NCBI GenBank assembly: GCA_965644295.1 | Contig: CBFFRP010000146.1 | Span: 372,001-436,000 of the forward strand | From: Paraphysomonas bandaiensis | Taxonomy: Eukaryota; Protista; Chrysophyceae | Length of the DNA: 64,000 nt | Direction of reading: 5' to 3' | Shown: positions 28,101 through 40,679 of the stretch, piece after piece | How positions within the stretch are numbered: the stretch's first letter is position 1 | Layout of the letters: every line of letters begins with the position of its first letter | The notes under the pieces: generated by a model | What the model saw: the letters and a program-made list of their open reading frames with translations, nothing else | What the model was told of the DNA's origin: nothing | Databases searched by the model: none | Translations under genes and position numbers: made by a program

Positions 28101-31100
28101 AGGATGCTCAGTTGGGTACTCTGTAGGGAATGAAGTCGGATGCATCGTCGGATACTGAGTAGGGTATTGTGTCGGGAATGGAATTGGATTCAATGTAGGA
28201 TGCTCAGTAGGGTACTCTGTAGGGAATGAAGTCGGATGCATCGTCGGATACTGAGTAGGGTATTGTGTCGGGAATGGAATTGGATGCAATGTAGGATGCT
28301 CAGTTGGGTACTCTGTAGGGAATGAAGTAGGATGCATCGTCGGATACTGAGTAGGGTATGAAGTCGGGAATGGAATTGGATGCAATGTAGGATGCTCAGT
28401 TGGGTACTCTGTAGGGAATGAAGTCGGATGCATCGTCGGATACTGAGTAGGGTATTGTGTCGGGAATGGAATTGGATTCAATGTAGGATGCTCAGTAGGG
28501 TACTCTGTAGGGAATGAAGTAGGATGCATCGTCGGATACTGAGTAGGGTATTGTGTCGGGAATGGAATTGGATGCAATGTAGGATGCTCAGTAGGGTACT
28601 CTGTAGGGAATGAAGTCGGATGCATCGTCGGATACTGAGTAGGGTATTGTGTCGGGAATGGAATTGGATGCAATGTAGGATGCTCAGTTGGGTACTCTGT
28701 AGGGAATGAAGTAGGATGCATCGTCGGATACTGAGTAGGGTATGAAGTCGGGAATGGAATTGGATGCAATGTAGGATGCTCAGTTGGGTACTCTGTAGGG
28801 AATGAAGTCGGATGCATCGTCGGATACTGAGTAGGGTATTGTGTCGGGAATGGAATTGGATTCAATGTAGGATGCTCAGTAGGGTACTCTGTAGGGAATG
28901 AAGTAGGATGCATCGTCGGATACTGAGTAGGGTATTGTGTCGGGAATGGAATTGGATGCAATGTAGGATGCTCAGTTGGGTACTCTGTAGGGAATGAAGT
29001 CGGATGCATCGTCGGATACTGAGTAGGGTATTGTGTCGGGAATGGAATAGGATGCAATGTAGGATGCTCAGTTGGGTACTCTGTAGGGAATGAAGTAGGA
29101 TGCATCGTCGGATACTGAGTAGGGTATGAAGTCGGGAATGGAATTGGATGCAATGTAGGATGCTCAGTTGGGTACTCTGTAGGGAATGAAGTAGGATGCA
29201 TCGTCGGATACTGAGTAGGGTATTGTGTCGGGAATGGAATTGGATGCAATGTAGGATGCTCAGTTGGGTACTCTATAGGGAATGAAGTAGGATGCATCGT
29301 CGGATACTGAGTAGGGTATTGTGTCGGGAATGGAATTGGATTCAATGTAGGATGCTCAGTTGGGTACTCTGTAGGGAATGAAGTAGGATGCATCGTCGGA
29401 TACTGAGTAGGGTATTGTGTCGGGAATGGAATTGGATGCAATGTAGGATGCTCAGTTGGGTACTCTGTAGGGAATGAAGTAGGATGCATCGTCGGATACT
29501 GAGTAGGGTATTGTGTCGGGAATGGAATTGGATGCAATGTAGGATGCTCAGTTGGGTACTCTGTAGGGAATGAAGTAGGATGCATCGTCGGATACTGAGT
29601 AGGGTATTGTGTCGGGAATGGAATTGGATGCAATGTAGGATGCTCAGTTGGGTACTCTGTAGGGAATGAAGTAGGATGCATCGTCGGATACTGAGTAGGG
29701 TATGAAGTCGGGAATGGAATTGGATGCAATGTAGGATGCTCAGTTGGGTACTCTGTAGGGAATGAAGTCGGATGCATCGTCGGATACTGAGTAGGGTATT
29801 GTGTCGGGAATGGAATTGGATTCAATGTAGGATGCTCAGTAGGGTACTCTGTAGGGAATGAAGTAGGATGCATCGTCGGATACTGAGTAGGGTATTGTGT
29901 CGGGAATGGAATTGGATGCAATGTAGGATGCTCAGTTGGGTACTCTGTAGGGAATGAAGTAGGATGCATCGTCGGATACTGAGTAGGGTATTGTGTCGGG
30001 AATGGAATTGGATGCAATGTAGGATGCTCAGTTGGGTACTCTGTAGGGAATGAAGTAGATGCATCGTCGGATACTGAGTAGGGTATGTGTCGGGAATGGA
30101 ATTGATGCAATGTAGGATGCTCAGTTGGGTACTTGTAGGAATGAAGTAGATGCATCGTCGGATACTGAGTAGGGTATGGTCGGGAATGGAATTGGATGCA
30201 ATGTAGGATGCTCAGTTGGGTACTCTGTAGGGAATGAAGTAGGATGCATCGTCGGATACTGAGTAGGGTATGAAGTCGGGAATGGAATTGGATGCAATGT
30301 AGGATGCTCAGTTGGGTACTCTGTAGGGAATGAAGTAGGATGCATCGTCGGATACTGAGTAGGGTATTGTGTCGGGAATGGAATTGGATGCAATGTAGGA
30401 TGCTCAGTTGGGTACTCTGTAGGGAATGAAGTAGGATGCATCGTCGGATACTGAGTAGGGTATTGTGTCGGGAATGGAATTGGATGCAATGTAGGATGCT
30501 CAGTTGGGTACTCTGTAGGGAATGAAGTAGGATGCATCGTCGGATACTGAGTAGGGTATTGTGTCGGGAATGGAATTGGATGCAATGTAGGATGCTCAGT
30601 TGGGTACTCTGTAGGGAATGAAGTAGGATGCATCGTCGGATACTGAGTAGGGTATTGTGTCGGGAATGGAATTGGATGCAATGTAGGATGCTCAGTTGGG
30701 TACTCTGTAGGGAATGAAGTAGGATGCATCGTCGGATACTGAGTAGGGTATTGTGTCGGGAATGGAATTGGATGCAATGTAGGATGCTCAGTTGGGTACT
30801 CTGTAGGGAATGAAGTAGGATGCATCGTCGGATACTGAGTAGGGTACTGTGTCGGGAATGGAATTGGATGCAATGTAGGATGCTCAGTTGGGTACTCTGT
30901 AGGGAATGAAGTAGGATGCATCGTCGGATACTGAGTAGGGTATTGTGTCGGGAATGGAATTGGATGCAATGTAGGATGCTCAGTTGGGTACTCTGTAGGG
31001 AATGAAGTAGGATGCATCGTCGGATACTGAGTAGGGTATTGTGTCGGGAATGGAATTGGATGCAATGTAGGATGCTCAGTTGGGTACTCTGTAGGGAATG

Positions 31101-34100
31101 AAGTAGGATGCATCGTCGGATACTGAGTAGGGTACTGTGTCGGGAATGGAATTGGATGCAATGTAGGATGCTCAGTTGGGTACTCTGTAGGGAATGAAGT
31201 CGGATGCATCGTCGGATACTGAGTAGGGTATTGTGTCGGGAATGGAATTGGATTCAATGTAGGATGCTCAGTTGGGTACTCTGTAGGGAATGAAGTAGGA
31301 TGCATCGTCGGATACTGAGTAGGGTATTGTGTCGGGAATGGAATTGGATGCAATGTAGGATGCTCAGTTGGGTACTCTGTAGGGAATGAAGTAGGATGCA
31401 TCGTCGGATACTGAGTAGGGTATTGTGTCGGGAATGGAATTGGATGCAATGTAGGATGCTCAGTTGGGTACGCTGTAGGGAATGAAGTCGGATGCATCGT
31501 CGGATACTGAGTAGGGTATGAAGTCGGGAATGGAATTGGATTCAATGTAGGATGCTCAGTTGGGTACTCTGTAGGGAATGAAGTAGGATGCATCGTCGGA
31601 TACTGAGTAGGGTATTGTGTCGGGAATGGAATTGGATGCAATGTAGGATGCTCAGTTGGGTACTCTGTAGGGAATGAAGTAGGATGCATCGTCGGATACT
31701 GAGTAGGGTATTGTGTCGGGAATGGAATTGGATGCAATGTAGGATGCTCAGTTGGGTACTCTGTAGGGAATGAAGTAGGATGCATCGTCGGATACTGAGT
31801 AGGGTATTGTGTCGGGAATGGAATTGGATGCAATGTAGGATGCTCAGTTGGGTACTCTGTAGGGAATGAAGTAGGATGCATCGTCGGATACTGAGTAGGG
31901 TATTGTGTCGGGAATGGAATTGGATGCAATGTAGGATGCTCAGTTGGGTACTCTGTAGGGAATGAAGTAGGATGCATCGTCGGATACTGAGTAGGGTACT
32001 GTGTCGGGAATGGAATTGGATGCAATGTAGGATGCTCAGTTGGGTACTCTGTAGGGAATGAAGTCGGATGCATCGTCGGATACTGAGTAGGGTATTGTGT
32101 CGGGAATGGAATTGGATTCAATGTAGGATGCTCAGTTGGGTACTCTGTAGGGAATGAAGTAGGATGCATCGTCGGATACTGAGTAGGGTATTGTGTCGGG
32201 AATGGAATTGGATGCAATGTAGGATGCTCAGTTGGGTACTCTGTAGGGAATGAAGTAGGATGCATCGTCGGATACTGAGTAGGGTATTGTGTCGGGAATG
32301 GAATTGGATGCAATGTAGGATGCTCAGTTGGGTACGCTGTAGGGAATGAAGTCGGATGCATCGTCGGATACTGAGTAGGGTATGAAGTCGGGAATGGAAT
32401 TGGATTCAATGTAGGATGCTCAGTTGGGTACTCTGTAGGGAATGAAGTAGGATGCATCGTCGGATACTGAGTAGGGTATTGTGTCGGGAATGGAATTGGA
32501 TGCAATGTAGGATGCTCAGTTGGGTACTCTGTAGGGAATGAAGTAGGATGCATCGTCGGATACTGAGTAGGGTATTGTGTCGGGAATGGAATTGGATGCA
32601 ATGTAGGATGCTCAGTTGGGTACTCTGTAGGGAATGAAGTAGGATGCATCGTCGGATACTGAGTAGGGTATTGTGTCGGGAATGGAATTGGATGCAATGT
32701 AGGATGCTCAGTTGGGTACTCTGTAGGGAATGAAGTAGGATGCATCGTCGGATACTGAGTAGGGTATTGTGTCGGGAATGGAATTGGATTCAATGTAGGA
32801 TGCTCAGTTGGGTACTCTGTAGGGAATGAAGTAGGATGCATCGTCGGATACTGAGTAGGGTATTGTGTCGGGAATGGAATTGGATGCAATGTAGGATGCT
32901 CAGTTGGGTACTCTGTAGGGAATGAAGTCGGATGCATCGTCGGATACTGAGTAGGGTATTGTGTCGGGAATGGAATTGGATTCAATGTAGGATGCTCAGT
33001 TGGGTACTCTGTAGGGAATGAAGTAGGATGCATCGTCGGATACTGAGTAGGGTATTGTGTCGGGAATGGAATTGGATGCAATGTAGGATGCTCAGTTGGG
33101 TACTCTGTAGGGAATGAAGTAGGATGCATCGTCGGATACTGAGTAGGTATGTGTCTGGAATGGAATTGGATGCAATGTAGGATGCTCAGTTGGGTACTCT
33201 GTAGGGAATGAAGTAGGATGCATCGTCGGATACTGAGTAGGGTATTGTGTCGGGAATGGAATTGGATGCAATGTAGGATGCTCAGTTGGGTACTCTGTAG
33301 GGAATGAAGTAGGATGCATCGTCGGATACTGAGTAGGGTATTGTGTCGGGAATGGAATTGGATGCAATGTAGGATGCTCAGTTGGGTACTCTGTAGGGAA
33401 TGAAGTAGGATGCATCGTCGGATACTGAGTAGGGTATTGTGTCGGGAATGGAATTGGATTCAATGTAGGATGCTCAGTTGGGTACTCTGTAGGGAATGAA
33501 GTCGGATGCATCGTCGGATACTGAGTAGGGTATTGTGTCGGGAATGGAATTGGATTCAATGTAGGATGCTCAGTTGGGTACTCTGTAGGGAATGAAGTCG
33601 GATGCATCGTCGGATACTGAGTAGGGTACTGTGTCGGGAATGGAATTGGATGCAATGTAGGATGCTCAGTTGGGTACTCTGTAGGGAATGAAGTAGGATG
33701 CATCGTCGGATACTGAGTAGGGTATTGTGTCGGGAATGGAATTGGATGCAATGTAGGATGCTCAGTTGGGTACTCTGTAGGGAATGAAGTAGGATGCATC
33801 GTCGGATACTGAGTAGGGTATTGTGTCGGGAATGGAATTGGATTCAATGTAGGATGCTCAGTTGGGTACTCTGTAGGGAATGAAGTAGGATGCATCGTCG
33901 GATACTGAGTAGGGTATTGTGTCGGGAATGGAATTGGATGCAATGTAGGATGCTCAGTTGGGTACTCTGTAGGGAATGAAGTAGGATGCATCGTCGGATA
34001 CTGAGTAGGGTATTGTGTCGGGAATGGAATTGGATTCAATGTAGGATGCTCAGTTGGGTACTCTGTAGGGAATGAAGTAGGATGCATCGTCGGATACTGA

Positions 34101-36652
34101 GTAGGGTATTGTGTCGGGAATGGAATTGGATGCAATGTAGGATGCTCAGTTGGGTACTCTGTAGGGAATGAAGTAGGATGCATCGTCGGATACTGAGTAG
34201 GGTATTGTGTCGGGAATGGAATTGGATTCAATGTAGGATGCTCAGTTGGGTACTCTGTAGGGAATGAAGTAGGATGCATCGTCGGATACTGAGTAGGGTA
34301 TTGTGTCGGGAATGGAATTGGATGCAATGTAGGATGCTCAGTTGGGTACTCTGTAGGGAATGAAGTAGGATGCATCGTCGGATACTGAGTAGGGTATTGT
34401 GTCGGGAATGGAATTGGATTCAATGTAGGATGCTCAGTTGGGTACTCTGTAGGGAATGAAGTCGGATGCATCGTCGGATACTGAGTAGGGTATTGTGTCG
34501 GGAATGGAATTGGATGCAATGTAGGATGCTCAGTTGGGTACTCTGTAGGGAATGAAGTAGGATGCATCGTCGGATACTGAGTAGGGTATTGTGTCGGGAA
34601 TGGAATTGGATTCAATGTAGGATGCTCAGTTGGGTACTCTGTAGGGAATGAAGTCGGATGCATCGTCGGATACTGAGTAGGGTATTGTGTCGGGAATGGA
34701 ATTGGATTCAATGTAGGATGCTCAGTTGGGTACTCTGTAGGGAATGAAGTCGGATGCATCGTCGGATACTGAGTAGGGTACTGTGTCGGGAATGGAATTG
34801 GATGCAATGTAGGATGCTCAGTTGGGTACTCTGTAGGGAATGAAGTAGGATGCATCGTCGGATACTGAGTAGGGTATTGTGTCGGGAATGGAATTGGATG
34901 CAATGTAGGATGCTCAGTTGGGTACTCTGTAGGGAATGAAGTAGGATGCATCGTCGGATACTGAGTAGGGTATTGTGTCGGGAATGGAATTGGATTCAAT
35001 GTAGGATGCTCAGTTGGGTACTCTGTAGGGAATGAAGTAGGATGCATCGTCGGATACTGAGTAGGGTATTGTGTCGGGAATGGAATTGGATGCAATGTAG
35101 GATGCTCAGTTGGGTACTCTGTAGGGAATGAAGTAGGATGCATCGTCGGATACTGAGTAGGGTATTGTGTCGGGAATGGAATTGGATTCAATGTAGGATG
35201 CTCAGTTGGGTACTCTGTAGGGAATGAAGTCGGATGCATCGTCGGATACTGAGTAGGGTATTGTGTCGGGAATGGAATTGGATGCAATGTAGGATGCTCA
35301 GTTGGGTACTCTGTAGGGAATGAAGTCGGATGCATCGTCGGATACTGAGTAGGGTACTGTGTCGGGAATGGAATTGGATGCAATGTAGGATGCTCAGTTG
35401 GGTACTCTGTAGGGAATGAAGTAGGATGCATCGTCGGATACTGAGTAGGGTATTGTGTCGGGAATGGAATTGGATGCAATGTAGGATGCTCAGTTGGGTA
35501 CTCTGTAGGGAATGAAGTAGGATGCATCGTCGGATACTGAGTAGGGTATTGTGTCGGGAATGGAATTGGATTCAATGTAGGATGCTCAGTTGGGTACTCT
35601 GTAGGGAATGAAGTCGGATGCATCGTCGGATACTGAGTAGGGTATTGTGTCGGGAATGGAATTGGATTCAATGTAGGATGCTCAGTAGGGTACTCTGTAG
35701 GGAATGAAGTCGGATGCATCGTCGGATACTGAGTAGGGTATTGTGTCGGGAATGGAATTGGATGCAATGTAGGATGCTCAGTTGGGTACTCTGTAGGGAA
35801 TGAAGTAGGATGCATCGTCGGATACTGAGTAGGGTATTGTGTCGGGAATGGAATTGGATGCAATGTAGGATGCTCAGTTGGGTACTCTGTAGGGAATGAA
35901 GTAGGATGCATCGTCGGATACTGAGTAGGGTATTGTGTCGGGAATGGAATTGGATGCAATGTAGGATGCTCAGTTGGGTACTCTGTAGGGAATGAAGTAG
36001 GATGCATCGTCGGATACTGAGTAGGGTATTGTGTCGGGAATGGAATTGGATTCAATGTAGGATGCTCAGTTGGGTACTCTGTAGGGAATGAAGTAGGATG
36101 CATCGTCGGATACTGAGTAGGGTACTGGGTGGGATGTAAATTCGGATATAAGGGTGATTTGAACGTGGGATATTCTGTTGGATATGGAGTCGGGTATGTT
36201 GTAGGATACGATGTCGGATATTGAGTAGGGTACTGGGTGGGATGTAAATTCGGATATATGGGTGATTTAAACGTGGGATATTCTGTTGGATATGGAGTCG
36301 GGTATGTTGTAGGATACGATGTCGGATACTGAGTAGGGTACTGGGTGGGATGCAAATTCTGATATAAGGGTGATTTAAACGTGGGATATTCTGTTGGATA
36401 TGGAGTCGGGTATGTTGTAGGATACGATGTCGGATACTGACTAGGGTACTGGGTGGAGTATAAGGATGATTTGAGTGTGGGATATTCTGTTGGATAATGG
36501 GTGAAGTGCTGGTCAGATAAGATAGAGGGAATGCGATCGGAGTTCTCGGCATTAGTCAATATCTTAACAGTAGTTGTAGTTGAAAGTAGATACAATATAA
36601 TTAATGTTATCTGCACTCTAAATGTGCAGGTTAGGAATATACTTAAAGTCAT
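16155..36652 (-). CDS. Giant (~6,800 aa) mucin-like cell-surface protein: N-terminal hydrophobic leader, xPTx repeat stalk, REJ domain, EGF-like, GPS-like motif, ~7-8 TM, cytoplasmic tail. Split into three ORFs by indel clusters at ~33145 and ~30055-30180
   Basis: ORFs 33092..36652, 30121..33129 and 16155..30155 carry the same repeat and abut. REJ hallmarks: LKLRNFLG, LDGSLSGDLD..FVWSC, NEPPSGGYLFASPVSGYALNTTY..WDDDPEDYPLKY. EGF-like CSANCSYNGEC...CSCKDNYYGKDC. GPS-like CTVVSYSSTSVTCSC. Multiple hydrophobic helices encoded at ~17350-19060. Confidence 0.85.
25140..27610 (-). repeat. Coding higher-order repeat, 627-bp (209 aa) unit, ~4 copies
   Basis: GGAAGCATAGACGGCTGATT at 25621, 26248, 26875 and 27502 (spacing 627). 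Confidence 0.9.
27715..36120 (-). repeat. Coding tandem array of a 96-bp unit (32 aa FPTEYPTEHPTLHPIPFPTQYPTQYPTMHPTS), ~87 copies
   Basis: GGGAATGGAATTGGA recurs every 96 bp (e.g. 27790, 27886). Only a few variant sites (H/N, Q/S, E/A). Confidence 0.95.
36120..36500 (-). repeat. Coding 108-bp (36 aa, ...YPTFKSPLYPNLHPTQ) repeat, ~3.5 copies
   Basis: ATGTAAATTCGGATA at 36134 and 36242, with a third variant at ~36350. Confidence 0.85.
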
Positions 36653-38342
36653 TGAGTGTTGTTAATGTGAAGAATACATCGAAACGTATATACTAGTCTA
36701 GAAATATTTGATATCAATCATATGAGGAGGTTCTTATAATCTAATTATCTTTATTTACGTTAAGTCGTAGTGATTATACTCAATCCAACTACACTGTTTT
36801 ATGTACAGTAGATTAGATACGATGGTATCGACTGAAGTGAGGTACTTAGATGCGTTTATCCCCAATTAGCATACTAAAAGCACGCCCTTTCCAGTAAATT
36901 GAGATCTGTTCGTATTCCAGGCAAATTCGTTATCTGTTACAAAAAGTCAATTTTTCAGTGGAGCTAATCCAGAAAATTCATAAATTAATCAATTTCGAGA
37001 TTTTAGGTCTATAAATATAGGGTTTAGGATACTACTATTGTAGATTGTGGGTGTATTTAATAGATCGTTGTATCAGTCAAGATGATAAGAGGCAGAGAGT
37101 GTTCTCAGTGGGATAAGTTCATTAAAAGGAAGTTCTTCCATACATTTCTATTAACAGATGAACTGTTGATTCTGCTCTCCACTGTAGGACCCACTTCAAG
37201 ACTAAGATTTGCCACAGGAATGAACGATAATCGTGTTATCACAGTTTTATACTTGGAGATTGGTATAATAGTATAATCCACTGATATATGGTTCATGGTA
37301 GTGACAATAAAAAGAATGGGGAAACAAGAGCTCAATTTAGGGAGAAAGGTCCATTGGTTAATATCAAGCACATATTGATTTGTTCGCAGCGTCGTCACGC
37401 ATATGAATACGAGGATGCCATGACTACTGAGGAACAAGAGGAAATAATCATGAATTTTCCCCACGATATAACAGATATTTGACGTCACAATACAACAGCC
37501 TGTAAGGGAAAATATCAATATCTTTAATCTGCTATCTGCCATGCCACGCCCTTTTGTACCGATTATACATACGACAGCGTGCACCTTATCAAGATAACAA
37601 TACTTTGTCAATCATACTATAGCGCTATATTTCATACATCTTGTTCAACAGCATATAGGTGGGATAGAAGCAAGTTGTCTTGAACGTCACACTTCACTTA
37701 TTATGCACAAACAGATTTTAAGTTAAAGTTTGCTTATCCCGTTAGAGTAGAATATAACTCTATATTGGGTGCTTGACTCATCTGCACCATATCTCTGTCA
37801 ACAGTACTTCTGACTTCTGTAAACTCTACGGCCACTACAAACATCAATACTAGACGTACAAGTACTACACTATAATCTGCAATCATATATACTATATACA
37901 CTTTTAACTTTTAACACGTACTGTTGAAAGTTTTCAGTTCTGCTGTTAGAAACTTAGTACATATATTACTTCTCGTAGCTACTAGTGCCCTATCCATGCT
38001 ACTAAAGGAACTCTAGTGGAATGAGTTAAATGACATTTGCTTTGCAGAAAGTATGACACTACTCACTATTTCTGAGATGAAAAAGTATAACATCACAATA
38101 TCGTCAATAGAGTACAAATATAAATATAAGTAACTCTTATTTAAGCAAACAGAAAAAGGGCACTCATGCCCAAACCAGAAAATACACTGATATATAACAA
38201 ACAAGGCAACACACAATAGCAAGGAGCGGTGTTAAATAAACTATATATCACTCAATATTACAGTACATATCTCTCTATAAGCACAAATATTGAAGCATTT
38301 GCAACACACAACTATAACTCTGTATAGGTTCATACAATATAT

Positions 38343-40679
38343 TCATACGCCAGAAGAGTCGACGGGACCAGTAAGTGGTTGTCTCATTGATGGTGGTGCA
38401 ACAACACACCCATTTTCTGAGGAACCGTTTGTAGCACTGCGAAAGACAGAGCTGATTACATTTCCAGTGTTTGGATGATGAATACTACTTTTCCATTGAT
38501 CGAATGACGGCACCACACCACCATCTGCAATGTCCTTCGTCTTTCGCCCTTGTCTACCCACATTACTCCTGTCTGACGGGAGAGGAGGTGTGGTACCCGC
38601 ACCCTTATGCTGTGGCTGTATGGTAGTCTGCCACTGATCGAATGACGGCACCACACCACCATCTGCAATGTCCTTCGTCTTTCGCCCTTGTCTACCCACA
38701 TTACTCCTGTCTGACGGGAGAGGAGGTGTGGTACCCGCACCCTTATGCTGTGGCTGTATGGTAGTCTGCCACTGATCGAATGACGGCACCACACCACCAT
38801 CTGCCATGTCCTTCGTCTTTCGCCCTTGTCTACCCACATTACTCCTGTCTGACGGGAGAGGAGGTGTGGTACCCGCACCCTTATGCTGTGGCTGTATGGT
38901 AGTCTGCCACTGATCGAATGACGGCACCACACCACCATCTGCAATGTCCTTCGTCTTTCGCCCTTGTCTACCCACATTACTCCTGTCTGACGGGAGAGGA
39001 GGTGTGGTACCCGCACCCTTATGCTGTGGCTGTATGGTAGTCTGCCACTGATCGAATGACGGCACCACACCACCATCTGCCATGCCCTTCGTCTTTCGCC
39101 CTTGTCTACCCACATTACTCCTGTCTGACGGGAGAGGAGGTGTGGTACCCGCACCCTTATGCTGTGGCTGTATGGTAGTCTGCCACTGATCGAATGACGG
39201 CACCACACCACCATCTGCCATGCCCTTCGTCTTTCGCCCTTGTCTACCCACATTACTCCTGTCTGACGGGAGAGGAGGTGTGGTACCCGCACCCTTATGC
39301 TGTGGCTGTATGGTAGTCTGCCACTGATCGAATGACGGCACCACACCACCATCTGCCATGCCCTTCGTCTTTCGCCCTTGTCTACCCACATTACTCCTGT
39401 CTGACGGGAGAGGAGGTGTGGTACCCGCACCCTTATGCTGTGGCTGCATGATAGTCTGCCACTGATCGAATGACGGTACCACATTCGAATCAGCACTTCC
39501 TAAGGAGAGTGGAGGTGTGCCATCTCCGCTTGAAAGATTCGTCCGAATAATGCTCTGCCAGTGACATGACGGCTCCATCTCTGACGTGCTGCAATGGTAT
39601 GGTGATTGTTGGCATCCTGACGACGACGAAGCTCTACTTTGCAAACTAGACATTCGGCGCGCGGGAGTAGGCGTGTCTCTATGTTGTCTGAAAGATGGTG
39701 AAAACACAGACGGAGGGGATTCCCCCGAAACGAAATAGGGAATCCTGACACATGTTGGTGAAGAAGGTTTATGGTTTCCGGAAACGGCGGCAGTGTCATA
39801 TGACATTGTAAAAACAGATGAGGGAGAATTGGACTCTGTGTGCCGTTTCTGATCAATTATAACATTGACAACCGCATCTTCCATCACTGTCATGACAACT
39901 TCGGATACTTCTTTGAGGACAGTTTCCTTAGGTCGGACTAATAGCCAATTGATTACCACAGCATCCACGCAAACATCAAGCAAACACCAAAAGTAGCACA
40001 CAGAGCTGGTTTGATCACCATGCGCCAACGCATGCATCACAATATTGATAATCGAAGTAGAGAGACTTAGGGTTGCTCCAATAAAGTTTTTAATTGCGAG
40101 AGTGTAGACTGTCTTAGATTCAGCAGAATACTGAAATAAAGGGTACATAAATTGAAAAATCAAAATCAGACTGAGAGAAGCGTCATATATCAGTAGTGAA
40201 ACAGATGCTATATCACGCAGTCCGATATGACAATCTCCGTCACTATCAATGTAGTATTTCCTCTCTAAAATTCCGAGAACTAACATAAAAGCGCTGGGCA
40301 GAAGTAGCACGATATTTATTACATACTGTTTCGATTGCAACCTCTTCACAGGTGTCTTGCAAAATCTATTCGTTATCCGGTGAACTTTCTCAATGAGATA
40401 TACGTATATCATTACTTTACATGTCAAGTAAAGTATGAGGCAGAACCATGACGCGGAGTTGCAATAGGCACCCTCATCTGTGCGAGAATTCATCACAGTG
40501 ACAACCGCAATTTGAGCAACAAAGATCCAACACAATATCAACACAGCGATTCCAATATAATCTGTAGCATGCATATACCCCGTAATGCGTAAAGCCATTA
40601 TACGCCACCATATCAATTGAAGGATAACTGCAAAGGAAAGACATGATAATACTACTACGGAAAGATCAACCGTCTTCAT
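38343..40679 (-). CDS. 7TM receptor-like protein A with C-terminal 46-aa tandem repeats (7 full + 1 partial), intronless, ~778 aa
   Basis: ATG at 40679 (MKTVDL). Seven hydrophobic segments, a Cys at the start of TM3 (AYCNS) and one in ECL2 (DGDCHIG), 'IYVYLIEKVH' at the end of TM3. 138-bp repeats at ~38490-39485. Confidence 0.8.
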   Translation of the reverse strand: MKTVDLSVVVLSCLSFAVILQLIWWRIMALRITGYMHATDYIGIAVLILCWIFVAQIAVVTVMNSRTDEGAYCNSASWFCLILYLTCKVMIYVYLIEKVHRITNRFCKTPVKRLQSKQYVINIVLLLPSAFMLVLGILERKYYIDSDGDCHIGLRDIASVSLLIYDASLSLILIFQFMYPLFQYSAESKTVYTLAIKNFIGATLSLSTSIINIVMHALAHGDQTSSVCYFWCLLDVCVDAVVINWLLVRPKETVLKEVSEVVMTVMEDAVVNVIIDQKRHTESNSPSSVFTMSYDTAAVSGNHKPSSPTCVRIPYFVSGESPPSVFSPSFRQHRDTPTPARRMSSLQSRASSSSGCQQSPYHCSTSEMEPSCHWQSIIRTNLSSGDGTPPLSLGSADSNVVPSFDQWQTIMQPQHKGAGTTPPLPSDRSNVGRQGRKTKGMADGGVVPSFDQWQTTIQPQHKGAGTTPPLPSDRSNVGRQGRKTKGMADGGVVPSFDQWQTTIQPQHKGAGTTPPLPSDRSNVGRQGRKTKGMADGGVVPSFDQWQTTIQPQHKGAGTTPPLPSDRSNVGRQGRKTKDIADGGVVPSFDQWQTTIQPQHKGAGTTPPLPSDRSNVGRQGRKTKDMADGGVVPSFDQWQTTIQPQHKGAGTTPPLPSDRSNVGRQGRKTKDIADGGVVPSFDQWQTTIQPQHKGAGTTPPLPSDRSNVGRQGRKTKDIADGGVVPSFDQWKSSIHHPNTGNVISSVFRSATNGSSENGCVVAPPSMRQPLTGPVDSSGV

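Noticed and set aside
27715-36120. CRISPR-like regular array
   Set aside because: Units are contiguous and near-identical with no unique spacers; the array is protein-coding in a eukaryotic context.
37082-37611. Short ORFs on both strands between the giant gene and 7TM gene A (possible third paralogue)
   Set aside because: No 7TM-family motifs; interrupted by stops; unsupported as a gene.
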